Below, one piece after another: positions 13,120 to 26,845 of a DNA stretch of 64,000 nt (the stretch's first letter is position 1; every line of letters begins with the position of its first letter). The stretch is taken from NCBI RefSeq assembly GCF_001194135.2, contig NC_068981.1, positions 176,351,701-176,415,700 of the forward strand. Reading direction: 5' to 3'. Source of the DNA: Octopus bimaculoides (taxonomy: Eukaryota). Below the pieces are notes generated by a model, which saw nothing but the letters and a program-made list of their open reading frames with translations, made no database searches and was not told the origin of the DNA. The position numbers and the translations under genes are program-made.

Positions 13120-13525
13120 TTGATCATTGCCAGGGCTGCTGACTGGTTCCCATGCCGGTGGCACATAAAATGCACCATTCGAGCATGATCAATACCAGCG
13201 TTGCCTTACTGACACTTGTGCCGGTGATACGTGAAAAACAACATTTGAGCGATGTCATTGCCAGTGCCACTGGACTGGCTCCTGTGCAGGTGGCACATAA
13301 AAAACACTATTTGAGTGTGGCCATCGCCAGTACCGACTGCCGGTGGAACGTAAAAAGCACCCACTACACTCTTGGAGTGGTTGGCGTTAGGAAGGGTATC
13401 TAGCTGTAGCAACTCTGCCAGATCAGATTGGAGCCTGGTGCAGCCATCTAGCTTGCCATTTCTCAGTCAAACTGTCCAACCCATGCCAGCATGGAAGGTG
13501 GACGTTAAACGACGACGATGATGAT
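13120..13525 (+). mobile_element. Family C retroposon with internal ~60-bp tandem modules
   Basis: Repeated GTGGCACATAAAA...GAGCGT..TCGTTGCCAGT modules, then the conserved 3' end and (GAC/GAT)n tail. Confidence 0.85.
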
Positions 13526-13781
13526 AGGTATAAACATATTAAAATTATAAATTAACCATTATGGTATTTTAGTATGCTGGTCACTGATAAATCATTAAAT
13601 AATTATTTTATCCTAATTACATATGCATAAACATATACACTACACTTTGATCTTACATATTTACAGGATTAAATATATGTCCAGTCATTAAGTGACCAAT
13701 GGTTTCACATTCATAAAGCTCTTAGCTTATCGACAACTCGTCAGGCTCCAACGGTCGCCCTGATATATAATCCACTGATGA

Positions 13782-13867
<86 letters not shown>

Positions 13868-13913
13868 GAGAGAGAGGGGGAGAGTGATATATAAACACAC
13901 ATGCACATGTGCA

Positions 13914-14328
13914 TTTACTCTTTTACTCTTCTACTTGTCTCAGTCATTTGACTGCGGCCATGCTGGAGCACCTCCTTTAGTCGAGCAAATCGACCCCAGG
14001 ACTTATTCTTTGTAAGCCTAGTACTTATTCTATCAGTCTCTTTTGCCCAACCACTAAGTTACGGGGGACGTAAACACACCAGCATCGGTTGTGAAGTGAT
14101 GCTGGGGGGACAAACACAGACACACAAACACATAGACACACACACATACATATACATATATATACATATATACGATGGGCTTCTTTCAGTTTCCGTCTAC
14201 CAAATACACTCACAAGGCTTTGGTTGGCCCGAGGCTATAGTAGAAGACACTTGCTCAAGGTGCCACGCAGTGGGACTGAACCCGGAACCATGTGGTTGGC
14301 AAGCAAACTACTTACCACACAGCCACTC
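13914..14328 (-). mobile_element. SINE family A, full length
   Basis: Matches the family consensus in reverse. Confidence 0.9.
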
Positions 14329-14479
14329 ATAAATTTCTCAGAGGAGTAGATGAATATTTTTTATCTTATATGCATGTAGCATATCCATAACACAAAGTAT
14401 GGATGAGAGAAAGAGAGTGAGTGAGAGAAAGAGAGAGCATGTCTCTTTCTATCAATCAATGTGTCATATCTATCCATTC

Positions 14480-14695
14480 TTATTTCTTTATTGCCCACAG
14501 GGGGCTATACACAGGGGGGACAAACAAGGACAGACAAATGGATTAAGTCAATTATATGGTACTTAATTTATCGACCCTGAAAGGATGAAAGGCAAAGTCA
14601 ACCTCGGCGGAATTTGAACTCAGAATGTAACATCAGACGAAATACCACTAAGCATTTCGCCCAGCATGCTAACATTTCTGCCAGCTCGCCGCCTT
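14480..14695 (-). mobile_element. SINE family B with imperfect target-site duplication
   Basis: Flanks ATATCTATCCATTC (14466-14479) and ATATCCATCCATC (14696-14708). Confidence 0.9.
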
Positions 14696-15067
14696 ATATC
14701 CATCCATCTTTCTATCAATACCTACCTATTTGTATGTCTGTTAATCAAGCTATCATTGTCTCTTCCTCATTCTCATTCTAAACTATTGTATTTTCCATTC
14801 CTTGTTTTCTTCTGAATAATAATAATACATGCATATATGCAACACATAAAGCAATATAAAACATTACCATAATCCATAACTCATTGCCCAGTTGACTCCT
14901 CTCTCTCCATTCTGCTTAGCAATCGTTTATAGAAAATGTCTCTGCATTGATCCACTTAATTATTATTTATACATACGCATATACATACACACATTTTTGT
15001 GCACACATGCATAAATGAATACATATTTATGCATATTTATACATACATATGCATATATACATGCAGA

Positions 15068-15202
15068 CAAACCACATGGTTCCAGGTTCAGTCCTACTGC
15101 GTGGCATCTTGGGCAAGTGCCTTCTACTATAGCCTCAGGCCGACCAAAGCTTTGTGAGTGGATTTGGTAGAAGGAAACTGAAAGAAGCCTGTCGTAAATA
15201 TG

Positions 15203-15251
<49 letters not shown>

Positions 15252-15460
15252 ATGTTTGTGTATCTGTGTTTGTCCACCCCAACATAACTTGACAACCGAT
15301 GCTGGTGTGTTTACGTTTCCCATAACTTAGCGTTTCAGCAAAAGAGACTGATAGAATAAGTACTAAGGCTTACAAATAATAAGTTCCGGCGTCGATTTGT
15401 TCAACTAATGGCAGTGCTCCAGCATGGCTGCAGTCAAATGACTGAAACAAGTAAGAGAGT
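15068..15460 (+). mobile_element. SINE family A, 5'-clipped
   Basis: Starts at ACCACATGGTTCCAGGTTCAG; internal (TG)n; full tail. Confidence 0.88.
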
Positions 15461-15814
15461 ATATATGTACGTATATATATATAAATGTATGAGTATATGT
15501 GTGTGTGTGTGTGTGTGTGTGTTTGTGTGTTGATATATACATAGATATGGCCGGCAAGGTTCGCTCTGAACACTCTATTTTTTTTCAGTGACCATACTGG
15601 CTGCCTGGAATACTCAGTGACGAGCACCCTCAGAGGAATCATGCGGGCCAAAATGAGTGGATGATGGATGTGCTGTACCACATGGACAGCAACGTCCACC
15701 AAATAAGTTTGGTATTTATTCCATCAGACTCTTTTGCCAAATCACAAAAATTACAAGATGTAAACAAACCAACTAAGATACAAACATACCAACACCATTT
15801 CACTATTAAGTTTC

Positions 15815-16054
15815 TTATTTCTTTGCTGCCCACAAGGGACTGCTACACACAGAGGGGACAAACAAGGACAGACAAATGGATTAAGTCGATTACATCGACC
15901 CCAGTGCATAACTGCTACTTATTTAATCGACCCCAAAAGGATGAAAGGCAAAGTCGACCTCGGCGGAATTTGAACTCAGAACGTAGCGGCAGATGAAATA
16001 CCGCTAAGCATTTTGTCTGGCGTGCTAACATTTCTGCCAGCTCGCCACCTTTTG
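15815..16054 (-). mobile_element. SINE family B with exact 12-bp target-site duplication
   Basis: CTATTAAGTTTC at 15803-15814 and 16055-16066. Confidence 0.92.
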
Positions 16055-16649
16055 CTATTAAGTTTCTATGCAGAAGGCACCCCTGGGGATACAAGCAAAC
16101 ATCAGCTTACTACTAAGTTTTCCATGCAGAATGTGCCTCCTGGGAATATAAACAAACCAACAAGAGCTTACTATTAATTTTCCGTGCAGAAGGCGTCCCC
16201 CACCCACCCACCTCTGGTCATTTTGGTTCAGTCCTTCTGGTCATAGCATATTTTCTTCCGACTGTCCGTGTGTCGTCCCATTACCTTCACCAGATGCTGA
16301 TCCGCACCACTTTGTCATGACTTTGTTATTTCATCCGATGCAGATTATTGATTGGCTTTAATACCGTCACTGCATAACACGGCATGGCTGACCGGCGGTG
16401 GTTGGGGGGTGACGGTGGNNNNNNNNNNNNNNNNNNNNNNNNNNNNNNNNNNNNNNNNNNNNNNNNNNNNNNNNNNNNNNNNNNNNNNNNNNNNNNNNNN
16501 NNNNNNNNNNNNNNNNNNNNNNNNNNNNNNNNNNNNNNNNNNNNNNNNNNNNNNNNNNNNNNNNNNNNNNNNNNNNNNNNNNNNNNNNNNNNNNNNNNNN
16601 NNNNNNNNNNNNNNNNNNNNNNNNNNNNNNNNNNNNNNNNNNNNNNNNG

Positions 16650-17520
16650 ACGCTGATGAGGAAGATGGTAGTGGTGGTTATGATGATAATGATGGTGGTG
16701 GTGGTGGTGGTGGTTGTCGTTGTCGTCGTTGTTGTGGTAATGGTGGTGGTGGTGGTAGTTGTAATGGTGATGATGCTGGCAATGATGATGATGATCATCA
16801 TCATCATCGTAATGAGGGTGGTGGTGGTGGTGGTATTGTGGATGTAATGGTGTTGGTAGTGGTGGTGGTGATGGCGGTGAAAATGATGATGATGACGATG
16901 TTGCTATTGATGGTAGCGATGCTGATAATGAAGCTGGTGGTGGTGGCTATGATGATGGTGATGATGATGATGGTGGTGGTGGCGGTGATGATGATGATGA
17001 TGACAATGATGATGATGATGGTGGTGGTAATGGTGGTGGTTATAATGGTGTTGATGATGATAATAATGATCATCATCATCATGAGAGTGATGGTGGTGGT
17101 AGTGGTTGTGGTGGTTGCGGTGATGAATGGTGCTGATGATGATGGCGGTGGTTGTGGTAGTGATGGTGGTGATGATGATAATAGTGGCGATGGTTGTGAT
17201 GGTGGTGGTGGTTGTGGTGGTGGTTGTGGTGATGGTAGTGGTGTCACTCCCAGTGATGATAACAGGCCATGAATATTGATGATGATGATGATGATGATAA
17301 GAACAATGATGACAAGGATGATGATGGTGATGATGATAACAGCAATGCTGATGATGATGATGATGATGACAATGGTGGTGATGATTACAATGATGGTGAT
17401 GATGGTGATAGCTGTGACAATGATTATGAGGATTACGATGATGGTGATGACAACAAGGAATTTGACAACACTTACAATGATGATGGTGATGATACTGATG
17501 CTGATTATGTCAACATGTAT
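16650..17520. repeat. Mosaic (GAT)/(GGT)n trinucleotide tract
   Basis: Direct reading; source of poly-D/G/M/V ORFs. Confidence 0.95.
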
Positions 17521-18770
17521 TCTTCCTCTCCTATCTGTATTATTTGACATCTCATTTCTTTTTTTTTTTTTGTCACTTTCCCTTAAATTCATCTCCTCTC
17601 GCATCTCTTCCTCTTCACTCCTACCATCAACCTACCCTTCACTGCATCCCCTACAACCACCACCACCACAACTATCAATGCCAGTCACAACAAATCTTGA
17701 CCCAAGGTCCCTAAAGGAAATTGTACAAGGTGGAACAAGACTACTTTTGGCCCTGGCAGGGATGTGGTGAGAACACTCAAAAATTCCAGGGTACCCTAGC
17801 CCCATGAGTTTTTTTTTTGTTACTTGTTTTTTAGGGAAAGCCCTGTCAAATATTCACAAGTCCTCTCTTTGACATTTCAGGTCCCTAAATGAGATGTACT
17901 GGTTGGACCCCTCTATTTTAGGCCCTGTCCCCACCCTGCAGTTAGAAGGGACACATTAGATAATGTAGTCCAAGATTCACTGTCTGAAAATAAGACAATG
18001 TGGTCATGACTGGAATGCCCTTAACTACAGGTCAGGGGCCAGAGATGGCCAAGGGCTAAACAACAACAACAACAATTAGACACAAACCATTTGTCCTTTA
18101 AGAAGTCCTTTAATCACATGGTTCCAGGTTCAGTCTCACTTCATGACACCTTGGGCAAGTGTCTTCTACTTAAGCCTCAGCACAATATCTTCCTCTAAAT
18201 AAAAGAAACAAGCCTTGATCCTCTCTGCAAACACCTAGTTCAGCAAAAGAGACCAATAGAATAAGCACTAGGCTTACAAAGAATAAGTACTGGGGTCGAT
18301 TTGCTCGAATTAAGGTGGTGCATGGCCACAGTCAAAATGACTGAAACGAATAAAAAAAATAAAAGAATAAAGAGGACGAAATGCCACAAATCATTTTGCA
18401 TGGTATACTAACGATTCTGCCAGCACACCATTTTTTTTTTTTCTTAGCTGGAANNNNNNNNNNACAAATCATTTTGCATGGTATACTAACGATTCTGCCA
18501 GCACACCATTTTTTTTTTTTCTTAGCTGGAATCAATGTTACGAAGAATTCCACCAAAGATTCTAACTATTCTGTTACTCCCACCATCACTTTTGACTGGT
18601 ATTTCATTTTAACAACCTGCAACAGAATGAATGAGGCAAAATTAATCTCAGTTGCGATTTGAACTTGGAACATAAACTGCCAGAACAAATACCACATGTC
18701 GTTGCTGTTGTTGTTGTTACTGCCGCTGCTGTTGTTGTTATTGTTGCTGTTGATGTGGTGTTGTTTAGAT

Positions 18771-19067
18771 CAGGGGTTTTCAAACTTTTTGACTTGTGGA
18801 CCCCTTCATATTTCAGGCTTTACCTTAGGGACCCCCTTATAAACGCTTATGAAATTTATACATGAATATTTGCTTAAAATAACATATATTTTTACATTTA
18901 TTTCTTTAACAGTATTTAGCAAATAGGTTTATTGTAAATTAAAAGATTTCGATTGAAAAACATATATAAAATCAAATTGCCCATAAAAAGTATTTGGTGT
19001 CTACGGACCCCTTGTCTTGTCCTTGCGGACGCCCTGTGGTCCGCGGACCACAGTTTGAAAACCCCTG
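18771..19067. mobile_element. hAT-superfamily MITE, 297 bp
   Basis: Perfect 16-bp TIRs CAGGGGTTTTCAAACT and an exact 8-bp TSD GTTTAGAT (18763-18770, 19068-19075). Confidence 0.95.
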
Positions 19068-19289
19068 GTTTAGATGGTCATAGTGTTGATGCTTTTGAAT
19101 ATTGCTGATGATGCTGGTGTTGTGGCAGTGGTGGTGGTGGTGTTGGTAGTGGTAGTGGTGTTGGTAGTGGTGGCGGCGGCGGCGGTGGTGATGGTGGTGG
19201 TGGTGGTGGTGGTAGCAGTGGTGGTGGTGGTAGCAGTGGTGGTGGTNNNNNNNNNNGGGGTGGGGGTAAGAGTTAAAGATTGACAGGGA

Positions 19290-19800
19290 ATTGATGCAAG
19301 AGAGAGAGAGAAAGGAGAAGGTAATAAAGGTTAGTGAGAGATTGAAAGACAGGACTGAGAGTGAGGATGGAAAATAGAGGTGGAGAAGAAAGAGGTTAAG
19401 GAAGAGAGAACTGGGGTAGAGAATAGGGGAAGGGCTAGAGAGAGGTGGAAAATTCCAAATGATAAGGAGAAAGAGAGAGACAGAGGGACAGAGAGGGGTG
19501 ATAGGGGATTAGGTTTGGAAGAGAGGAGTGAAAGAGACAGAATGTATGTATGAGAGAGAGAGAAAGAGAGTAAAAGAAAGAGAGAGACAGAGAGAGAAAA
19601 AGAAAGAGAGAGACAGAGAAGGAGAAAGAAAAGAGACAAAGTAACGAGAGTAGGAGGGAAAAGGAGAAGAAAGAGAGAGTGAAGGAGAAAACAGGTGTGT
19701 GTAGGAAAGGGAGGAGTAGATAAACAGAGAGAGCATGAGTGCGTGAGAGAGTGAGGAGAAGGCAGAGTAAGTGGGAAAAGAAAAGGAAGTGAGCCCCAAT
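19290..19800. repeat. Polypurine (GA-rich) low-complexity tract
   Basis: Direct reading. Confidence 0.85.
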
Positions 19801-20036
19801 GTCAAAGAAGTGAAAACAGGAGTACTCCTGTACTCATATAACTCGAATAGTTTTAAAGCTCCCCTCTACACCCATACACACACACACACATCACCACCCA
19901 GTAGAGCCTAACCACACCCATACACACTGACTCCACAATTTCAGATGTGTCCTCTCCACAGACACTTCACATCAAACGATACATGGCCAATAGATTAGAA
20001 TAAATGTCTTTTTTAACTTATTTGTTGTTGTTGCTG

Positions 20037-20075
<39 letters not shown>

Positions 20076-20612
20076 GTGTTGTTGTTATTGTTGTTGTGTC
20101 TTTGTTTTTGTTTTCATCATGTTGTTTTTTTTAATTATATTTTTTACTTTCATTGTTGTTGTTTTTATTTATTCTTTTTTTCAGTGGTGAAATTTATTGT
20201 AGCCAAAATGTTCAAGGAATCTGGAGAGATATTTGAACTGAAAATAATAATAATAATAATAATAATGATAATAATACATAAATAAATAAAAGGTGAAAAA
20301 TAATAAGAAGAAAATAATGAACGATAGTAAATAAAAAGGAACTTGAAAAATATCAAATATAGTTGAAGAATGTATTTTTAAAATAACATAGAGAAGTTGA
20401 TATTTGTTTTTGTTTTTTTCTTTTTGATATAGATTTATTTTCGTGTATATACATTTTATAACAAAAATTTGCAAAGAAAAGTTAGTTTATGCTAATGTAT
20501 TTTATTTTTTATTTATTTTATCAATTTTTCTGGGGTTTTGTTTTTAGTTAAAAACTATTTTTTAAACTCTCAAAAATTTGAAGGCGTAAAAGAATGATAA
20601 TAATTATCCTAC

Positions 20613-21135
20613 CATCCTTGTCCTCAGTCGTTGAAGTTTATGGAATTCTGAGTCTATGAATGTCTGAATATTTCTGAATTCATATTGACAATCAAAAGGG
20701 TTAAATGATGGCTCTTCCCCACCAAAAAATGAGTCAGCAGAATTTGTAATGTTAATAATTTGAGTTATTCTTGCCCTTCATCATCATATACGAATTTTGC
20801 TTCCATTTGATCAAAACCAAGGCACAGCCTCTCAAGGGAAGTTTTACATTTAGAATATAGGAAAGATTTAGTTTAAAAAAAAAGGTGGATTTCACATGCT
20901 CTTTACAAAGTCAGATATTCAAAAAAATATTCTTGTGTTTATAAATTCTTCAGCTCAAATTCTCACATCAAACAAGTCAGTGTTGGACAGAGACTAAACT
21001 GAATCAAAGCAATATTTGGTCCACCCATCAACAAGGAGAGTAGTGTTTGAAGGATTGATTTTTTTTCAAGTTATTTTGGTGTGTTTTGATTCAAAGAGTT
21101 ATTTGATCAAGTCTTCCTTTGCATCCTTTACCAAT
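20613..21135 (-). pseudogene. Candidate decayed coding segment bounded by splice-like sites; protein unidentified
   Basis: Poly-T + ATTAG acceptor and ATG/GTAGGA donor on the minus strand; protein-like stretches (LVKDAKEDLIK, TLLVDGWTKYCFDS, DSFFGGEEPSFNPFDCQYEFRNIQTFIDSEFHKLQRLRTRM) broken by stops and frameshifts. Confidence 0.25.
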
Positions 21136-21153
21136 CTAATAAAAAAAAAAAAA

Positions 21154-22132
21154 NNNNNNNNNNNNNNNNNNNNNNNNNNNNNNNNNNNNNNNNNNNNNNN
21201 NNNNNNNNNNNNNNNNNNNNNNNNNNNNNNNNNNNNNNNNNNNNNNNNNNNNNNNNNNNNNNNNNNNNNNNNNNNNNNNNNNNNNNNNNNNNNNNNNNNN
21301 NNNNNNNNNNNNNNNNNNNNNNNNNNNNNNNNNNNNNNNNNNNNNNNNNNNNNNNNNNNNNNNNNNNNNNNNNNNNNNNNNNNNNNNNNNNNNNNNNNNN
21401 NNNNNNNNNNNNNNNNNNNNNNNNNNNNNNNNNNNNNNNNNNNNNNNNNNNNNNNNNNNNNNNNNNNNNNNNNNNNNNNNNNNNNNNNNNNNNNNNNNNN
21501 NNNNNNNNNNNNNNNNNNNNNNNNNNNNNNNNNNNNNNNNNNNNNNNNNNNNNNNNNNNNNNNNNNNNNNNNNNNNNNNNNNNNNNNNNNNNNNNNNNNN
21601 NNNNNNNNNNNNNNNNNNNNNNNNNNNNNNNNNNNNNNNNNNNNNNNNNNNNNNNNNNNNNNNNNNNNNNNNNNNNNNNNNNNNNNNNNNNNNNNNNNNN
21701 NNNNNNNNNNNNNNNNNNNNNNNNNNNNNNNNNNNNNNNNNNNNNNNNNNNNNNNNNNNNNNNNNNNNNNNNNNNNNNNNNNNNNNNNNNNNNNNNNNNN
21801 NNNNNNNNNNNNNNNNNNNNNNNNNNNNNNNNNNNNNNNNNNNNNNNNNNNNNNNNNNNNNNNNNNNNNNNNNNNNNNNNNNNNNNNNNNNNNNNNNNNN
21901 NNNNNNNNNNNNNNNNNNNNNNNNNNNNNNNNNNNNNNNNNNNNNNNNNNNNNNNNNNNNNNNNNNNNNNNNNNNNNNNNNNNNNNNNNNNNNNNNNNNN
22001 NNNNNNNNNNNNNNNNNNNNNNNNNNNNNNNNNNNNNNNNNNNNNNNNNNNNNNNNNNNNNNNNNNNNNNNNNNNNNNNNNNNNNNNNNNNNNNNNNNNN
22101 NNNNNNNNNNNNNNNNNNNNNNNNNNNNNNNN
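21154..22132. other. Assembly gap
   Basis: N run. Confidence 1.
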
Positions 22133-22394
22133 AACAGAAGGCTTTACGGCCAGACGAGAAAAATTATGTGTGTATGAACGCGATGAGGCACGGAACCGAG
22201 AGACAAAGTGGTAGCGTGTGTTACTTGGCGAAAGCCAAGGAAGGAAAGGATTATTGACCGGAAGCATGTGACCATGCCGGTGTAAAGGGAAGAGAGAGAG
22301 TGGTAGAGGGAGGAAGTAGAAGAATGGTGAGCAACGAGAGGAAAAGAGAAAGAGAGGAAATACGAGGGGGAAAAAGGATATATATATATATATA

Positions 22395-22785
22395 GGCGCA
22401 GGAGTGGCTGTGTGGTAAGAAGCTTGCTTCCCAACCACATAGTTACCATAGTTACCACTGTATAGTGGCACCTTGGGCAAGTGTCTTCTACTATAGTTTC
22501 AGGCTGACCAAAGCCTTGTGAGTGGATTTGGTAGATGGAAACTGAAAAAAGCCCATCGGATATATATAGGTATGTGTGTGTGTGTATGTATGTGTTTGTG
22601 TGTCTGTGTTTGTCCCGCCACCTTCGCTTGACAACCAATGTTGGTGTGCTTATGTCCTCATAACTTAGTGGTTCGGCAAAAGAGACCAATAGAATAAGTA
22701 CTAGGGTCGATTTGTTCGACTAAAGGCAGTGCTCCAGCATGGCTGCAGTCAAATGACTGAAACAAATAAAAGAATAAAAGTAAAG
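22395..22785 (+). mobile_element. SINE family A, full length
   Basis: Head GGCGCAGGAGTGGCTGTGTGGTAAGAAGC; small internal duplication AGTTACCAT. Confidence 0.9.
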
Positions 22786-22790
22786 AAAAA

Positions 22791-22825
<35 letters not shown>

Positions 22826-22829
<4 letters not shown>

Positions 22830-22994
22830 ACTCTCTGAGTGGTTGGCGTTAGGAAGGGCATCCAGCTGTAGAAACTCTGCCAAATTAGATTGGAGCCTGG
22901 TGTTGCCATCCGGTTTCACCAGTCCTCAGTCAAATCGTCCAACCCATGCTAGCATGGAAGGCGGACATTAAACGATGATGATGATGATGATGAT
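22826..22994 (+). mobile_element. Family C retroposon 3' end
   Basis: Conserved 3' region and (GAT)n tail. Confidence 0.85.
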
Positions 22995-22995
22995 A

Positions 22996-24251
22996 AACAG
23001 ACATGAAAGAAGTAAATTGACACCCTTATAATCATTAAAATTTATTTAAATCTGAAATGATACACTCAAATTATTTGTCAGTTGTTATAATGTGAACATT
23101 TAATATTTAGTAGACATGCTCTTTGCATTTTTCAATGCAAGGGCCCTATTAGGCATGTTACTGATCCGATGGTGAATATTCTCATGTAGAATTTCTTGCT
23201 AAGTTTCATGCAATAATCTCAAAAGATTTGGCTTTGAAGATGCTTTCTTGTTCTGTTTATGAAATGTCTTGTCCATTATGCCCCAGGGTGTTTTACAGAA
23301 TTCTTATCTGGTGATTGGCTTGGCTATGGAAGTTTTCTAATGCCATTCTTTTCCAACAAATCTTGGGTCATTTTAACCGTGTGACAAGGTATCCCATCTT
23401 CAATAAGTAGAGAGTCTTCTTTAATCATTTCACAACTGGAGAAGTTTTGAAGGAGTCCTTTCTGCAATATCGATGCATATTTATTTGAGTTTATCTTTCC
23501 CTCACACTCCACCAGCTCTGATCAACCATTGCTCCAAATTGTTCCCCAGACCATCAGAGAATAGCTGCTGTGTCTCAATGCTGGTTACAATCTTTTCACA
23601 TCAAATTCTTGATCACAGAGTCTCCAGAACCACACACGATCACCATCAGGAAATACAGTAAATCTGGACTCATCAGAGAATATGACAGTGTCCCAAAATG
23701 CTAGTGGCCTCTCCACCATCTCATTGGCCCAATCTTTTTTCCGTTTCATGCTGGCTGGTCAAAGATGTGGCTTCCTTCTTGCTGCTCTGCCATAGTAACC
23801 AAGTTTGTGGAGATACCTGACAACTAAGCTGAAACAGACATCAACTTGTTCTGCTATGTCAGTGGTCTTGCAATGAGGATTATCCTCCACACTTCTCTTA
23901 GCAAAGAGAAGGACCCTGTCAGAGGGCCCTGGTTGATCTGGACAAGGTGATGTGGACTCCTTCCCTTCTCTGGTGAATTGCACAATCACTCTATTAACTG
24001 TAGAAAGTGAGATCCCAAGGTTTTCTGCGATTTTACGCTGACTATGTCCACCTTCAGAATGACCCCACAATACGGCCTCTTTGAAATTCAGACAGTTCCA
24101 AGGCTTCTTTTGTACATGGCATGATTAAACAGTCACATATAGAATCTGAAACATAAAAATGTCAATTAATAAGAAATATAAACCTTTACAAGTTACAATA
24201 AACAGATAATGATGTTTTATGGGGTGTCTATTTACTTCTAACACGTGCGTG
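22996..24251 (-). mobile_element. Complete but decayed Tc1-family (DD34E) DNA transposon, about 1256 bp
   Basis: TA at both ends; 30-bp TIRs matching 23/30 (core AGAAGTAAAT.GACACCC). Transposase remnants: HTH (SQRKIAENLGISLSTVNRVI...YGRAARRKPHL), VIFSDESRF, EDGIPCH, and SQSPDKNSVK with 34 residues between the second D and the mutated E. Confidence 0.92.
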
Positions 24252-24658
24252 TATATATCGATATACACATATATGTATATATATANNNNNNNNNNNNNNN
24301 NNNNNNNNNNNNNNNNNNNNNNNNNNNNNNNNNNNNNNNNNNNNNNNNNNNNNNNNNNNNNNNNNNNNNNNNNNNNNNNNNNNNNNNNNNNNNNNNNNNN
24401 NNNNNNNNNNNNNNNNNNNNNNNNNNNNNNNNNNNNNNNNNNNNNNNNNNNNNNNNNNNNNNNNNNNNNNNNNNNNNNNNNNNNNNNNNNNNNNNNNNNN
24501 NNNNNNNNNNNNNNNNNNNNNNNNNNNNNNNNNNNNNNNNNNNNNNNNNNNNNNNNNNNNNNNNNNNNNNNNNNNNNNNNNNNNNNNNNNNNNNNNNNNN
24601 NNNNNNNNNNNNNNNNNNNNNNNNNNNNNNNNNNNNNNNNNNNNNNNNNNNNNNNNNN

Positions 24659-24700
<42 letters not shown>

Positions 24701-25118
24701 GCACACACACACACACATATGTTTATATATGAATGTGTGTATCCTCATCATCATTTAACATCTGTTTTCCATACTGACATGGGTTGGACAGTTTGACAGG
24801 AATTGGCCAGGCAGAAGACTACACCAGACTTCTGTGTCTGTTTTGGCATGATTTTTACGGTTGGATGCCCTTCCTAACATCAAACACTCCACCTCATTTC
24901 TACAGCTGAGTAAACTTGGGCAGCATGAATAAAGTGTCTTGCTCAAGACCACAATACACTGCCCACTCCAGGAATCAAACTCACTACCTCATGATTGTGA
25001 ACCTGCTGGTCTAAATTCTACAAGGCAGTGCTCAGCCATGGTTACAGTCCAATGAGTGAAACAAGTATATAAAAGAGTGAAGTATGGGTTGAGTTGGGGT
25101 TGATTTGACTGCTATTTC

Positions 25119-25355
25119 TTATTTCTTTACTGCCCACAAGAGTCTATTCACAGAGGGGACAAACAAGGACAGACAAATGGATTAAGTCGATTATATCGAC
25201 CCCAATGCGTAACTGGTACTTATTTAATCGACCCCAAAAGGATGAAAGGCAATGTCGACCTCGACGGAATTTGAACTCAGAACATAGTGGCAGACGAAAT
25301 ACCGCTAAGCGTTTCGCCTGGCGTGCTAACGTTTCTGCCAGCTCGTTGCCTTATT
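25119..25355 (-). mobile_element. SINE family B with target-site duplication
   Basis: TTTGACTGCTATT(T/G)C at 25104-25118 and 25356-25370. Confidence 0.9.
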
Positions 25356-26289
25356 TTTGACTGCTATTGCTAGCACGTTGAACAAGTACGTGAAGGATCC
25401 TCTCTCTCACTCCTCATTGGTTCAAAAAAACAAAGAAAAAAACAAAAATTTAACCCATGGCATGTGTGTCCTTGTGGTGTCCCAGTGACCCAATAATTCA
25501 TGGACTACATCAACCATATATGGTAGCGAGTATTAGGTGTTACAATACAGGTAGGGGGAGGGGGGAAATACACCCAGGAGACCTGGAAGTCAGATTTTTG
25601 GTGGGAAGTGATGGAATAAAGCTGGTTGAGGGAAGGAGAGAGAGAGAGTGGGGGGAGAGAGAGATATCTTGGAATTAGAGGAAAGGGGTTGTCAGAGCTG
25701 ACCTATCCATAAAAATGCTGCTGAAAAGGGCCTCCCACCACTAAGGAAATAATTAAGACATAGGCTGAAAGAAATAGGGGACAGTAATTTCGGTGGACAT
25801 GTCAATCAAAGTCTAGTCTGGAGGAAGGAATGTTGAATATTAAATAAAAGAAAATTGGAGACAATGACAAGTAGCAACAATAAAAACTAATGATGGTGAA
25901 TGCTGTGGTGGTGGTAGTGGTGGTNNNNNNNNNNTGATGATGAAAGGAGGAAGGAGAAAGAGGATGTAATAATAAAGATAGTGATGACAAGGAGGAAGAC
26001 AATGTAGTGATGGTGGTAGTGGTGGTAGTGGTGGTGATGGTGGTGGTGGTGGTGGTGGTGGTGATGATAGTGGTAGCGCTGCTGCTGCTGATGATGACAA
26101 TGCTAATGGTGTCCGCAGTGGTTGTCATGTAGACTATGACAATGTCCTCAACAGCGGTAGTAACGAGTGATGGTGAAAATGGCAATCAATGATGATGATG
26201 ATGATGACAACAACAACAATGACAACGATAATCCTGATCATGAAGGAGGAGGAAAGGGATAATGACAATAATGGTGCTGACGATAATAA

Positions 26290-26845
26290 TGATTTCAGAT
26301 TTTGGTACAAGGCCAGCAATTTCAGTGGGGAAAGCCTAAGTCAATTACATCAACCCCAATGCTCAACTAGTATTTATTTTATTGATCCTGAGAGGATAAA
26401 AGGTAAAATTGACCCCAGCAGAATTTGAACTCAGAATGTATGGACAGAAGGAATGCTACTTAGCATTTTACCCAGTGTGCTAACAGTTCTGCTAGCTCAC
26501 TGCCTTCTTCATCATCATCATCACCGTTTAACGTCTGCCTTCCATGCTAGCATGGGTTGGACGAATTGACTGAGGACTGGTGAACCGGATGGCTGCACCA
26601 GGCTCCAATCTGATCTGGCAAAGTTTCTACAGCTGGATGCCCTTCCTAACGCCAACCACTCAGAGAGTGTAGTGGGTGCTTTTACGTGCCACCAACATGA
26701 GGGCCAGTCACACGGTACTGGCAACGGCCACGCTCAAAAAGGTGTTTTTTACGTGCCACCTGCACAGGAGCCAGTCCAGTGGCACTGGCAACGACCTCAC
26801 TCAAATGATTTTCTAGCGTGCCACCAGCACAAGTGCTAGAAAGTG
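26290..26845 (-). mobile_element. Adjacent SINE family B (about 26290-26508) and family C (about 26509-26845)
   Basis: Family motifs in reverse orientation. Confidence 0.8.

Noticed and set aside
18386-18531. Exact 68-bp direct repeat
   Set aside because: The copies flank a 10-N gap, typical of unmerged contig overlap; the same applies at about 47150-47260 and 8050-8135.
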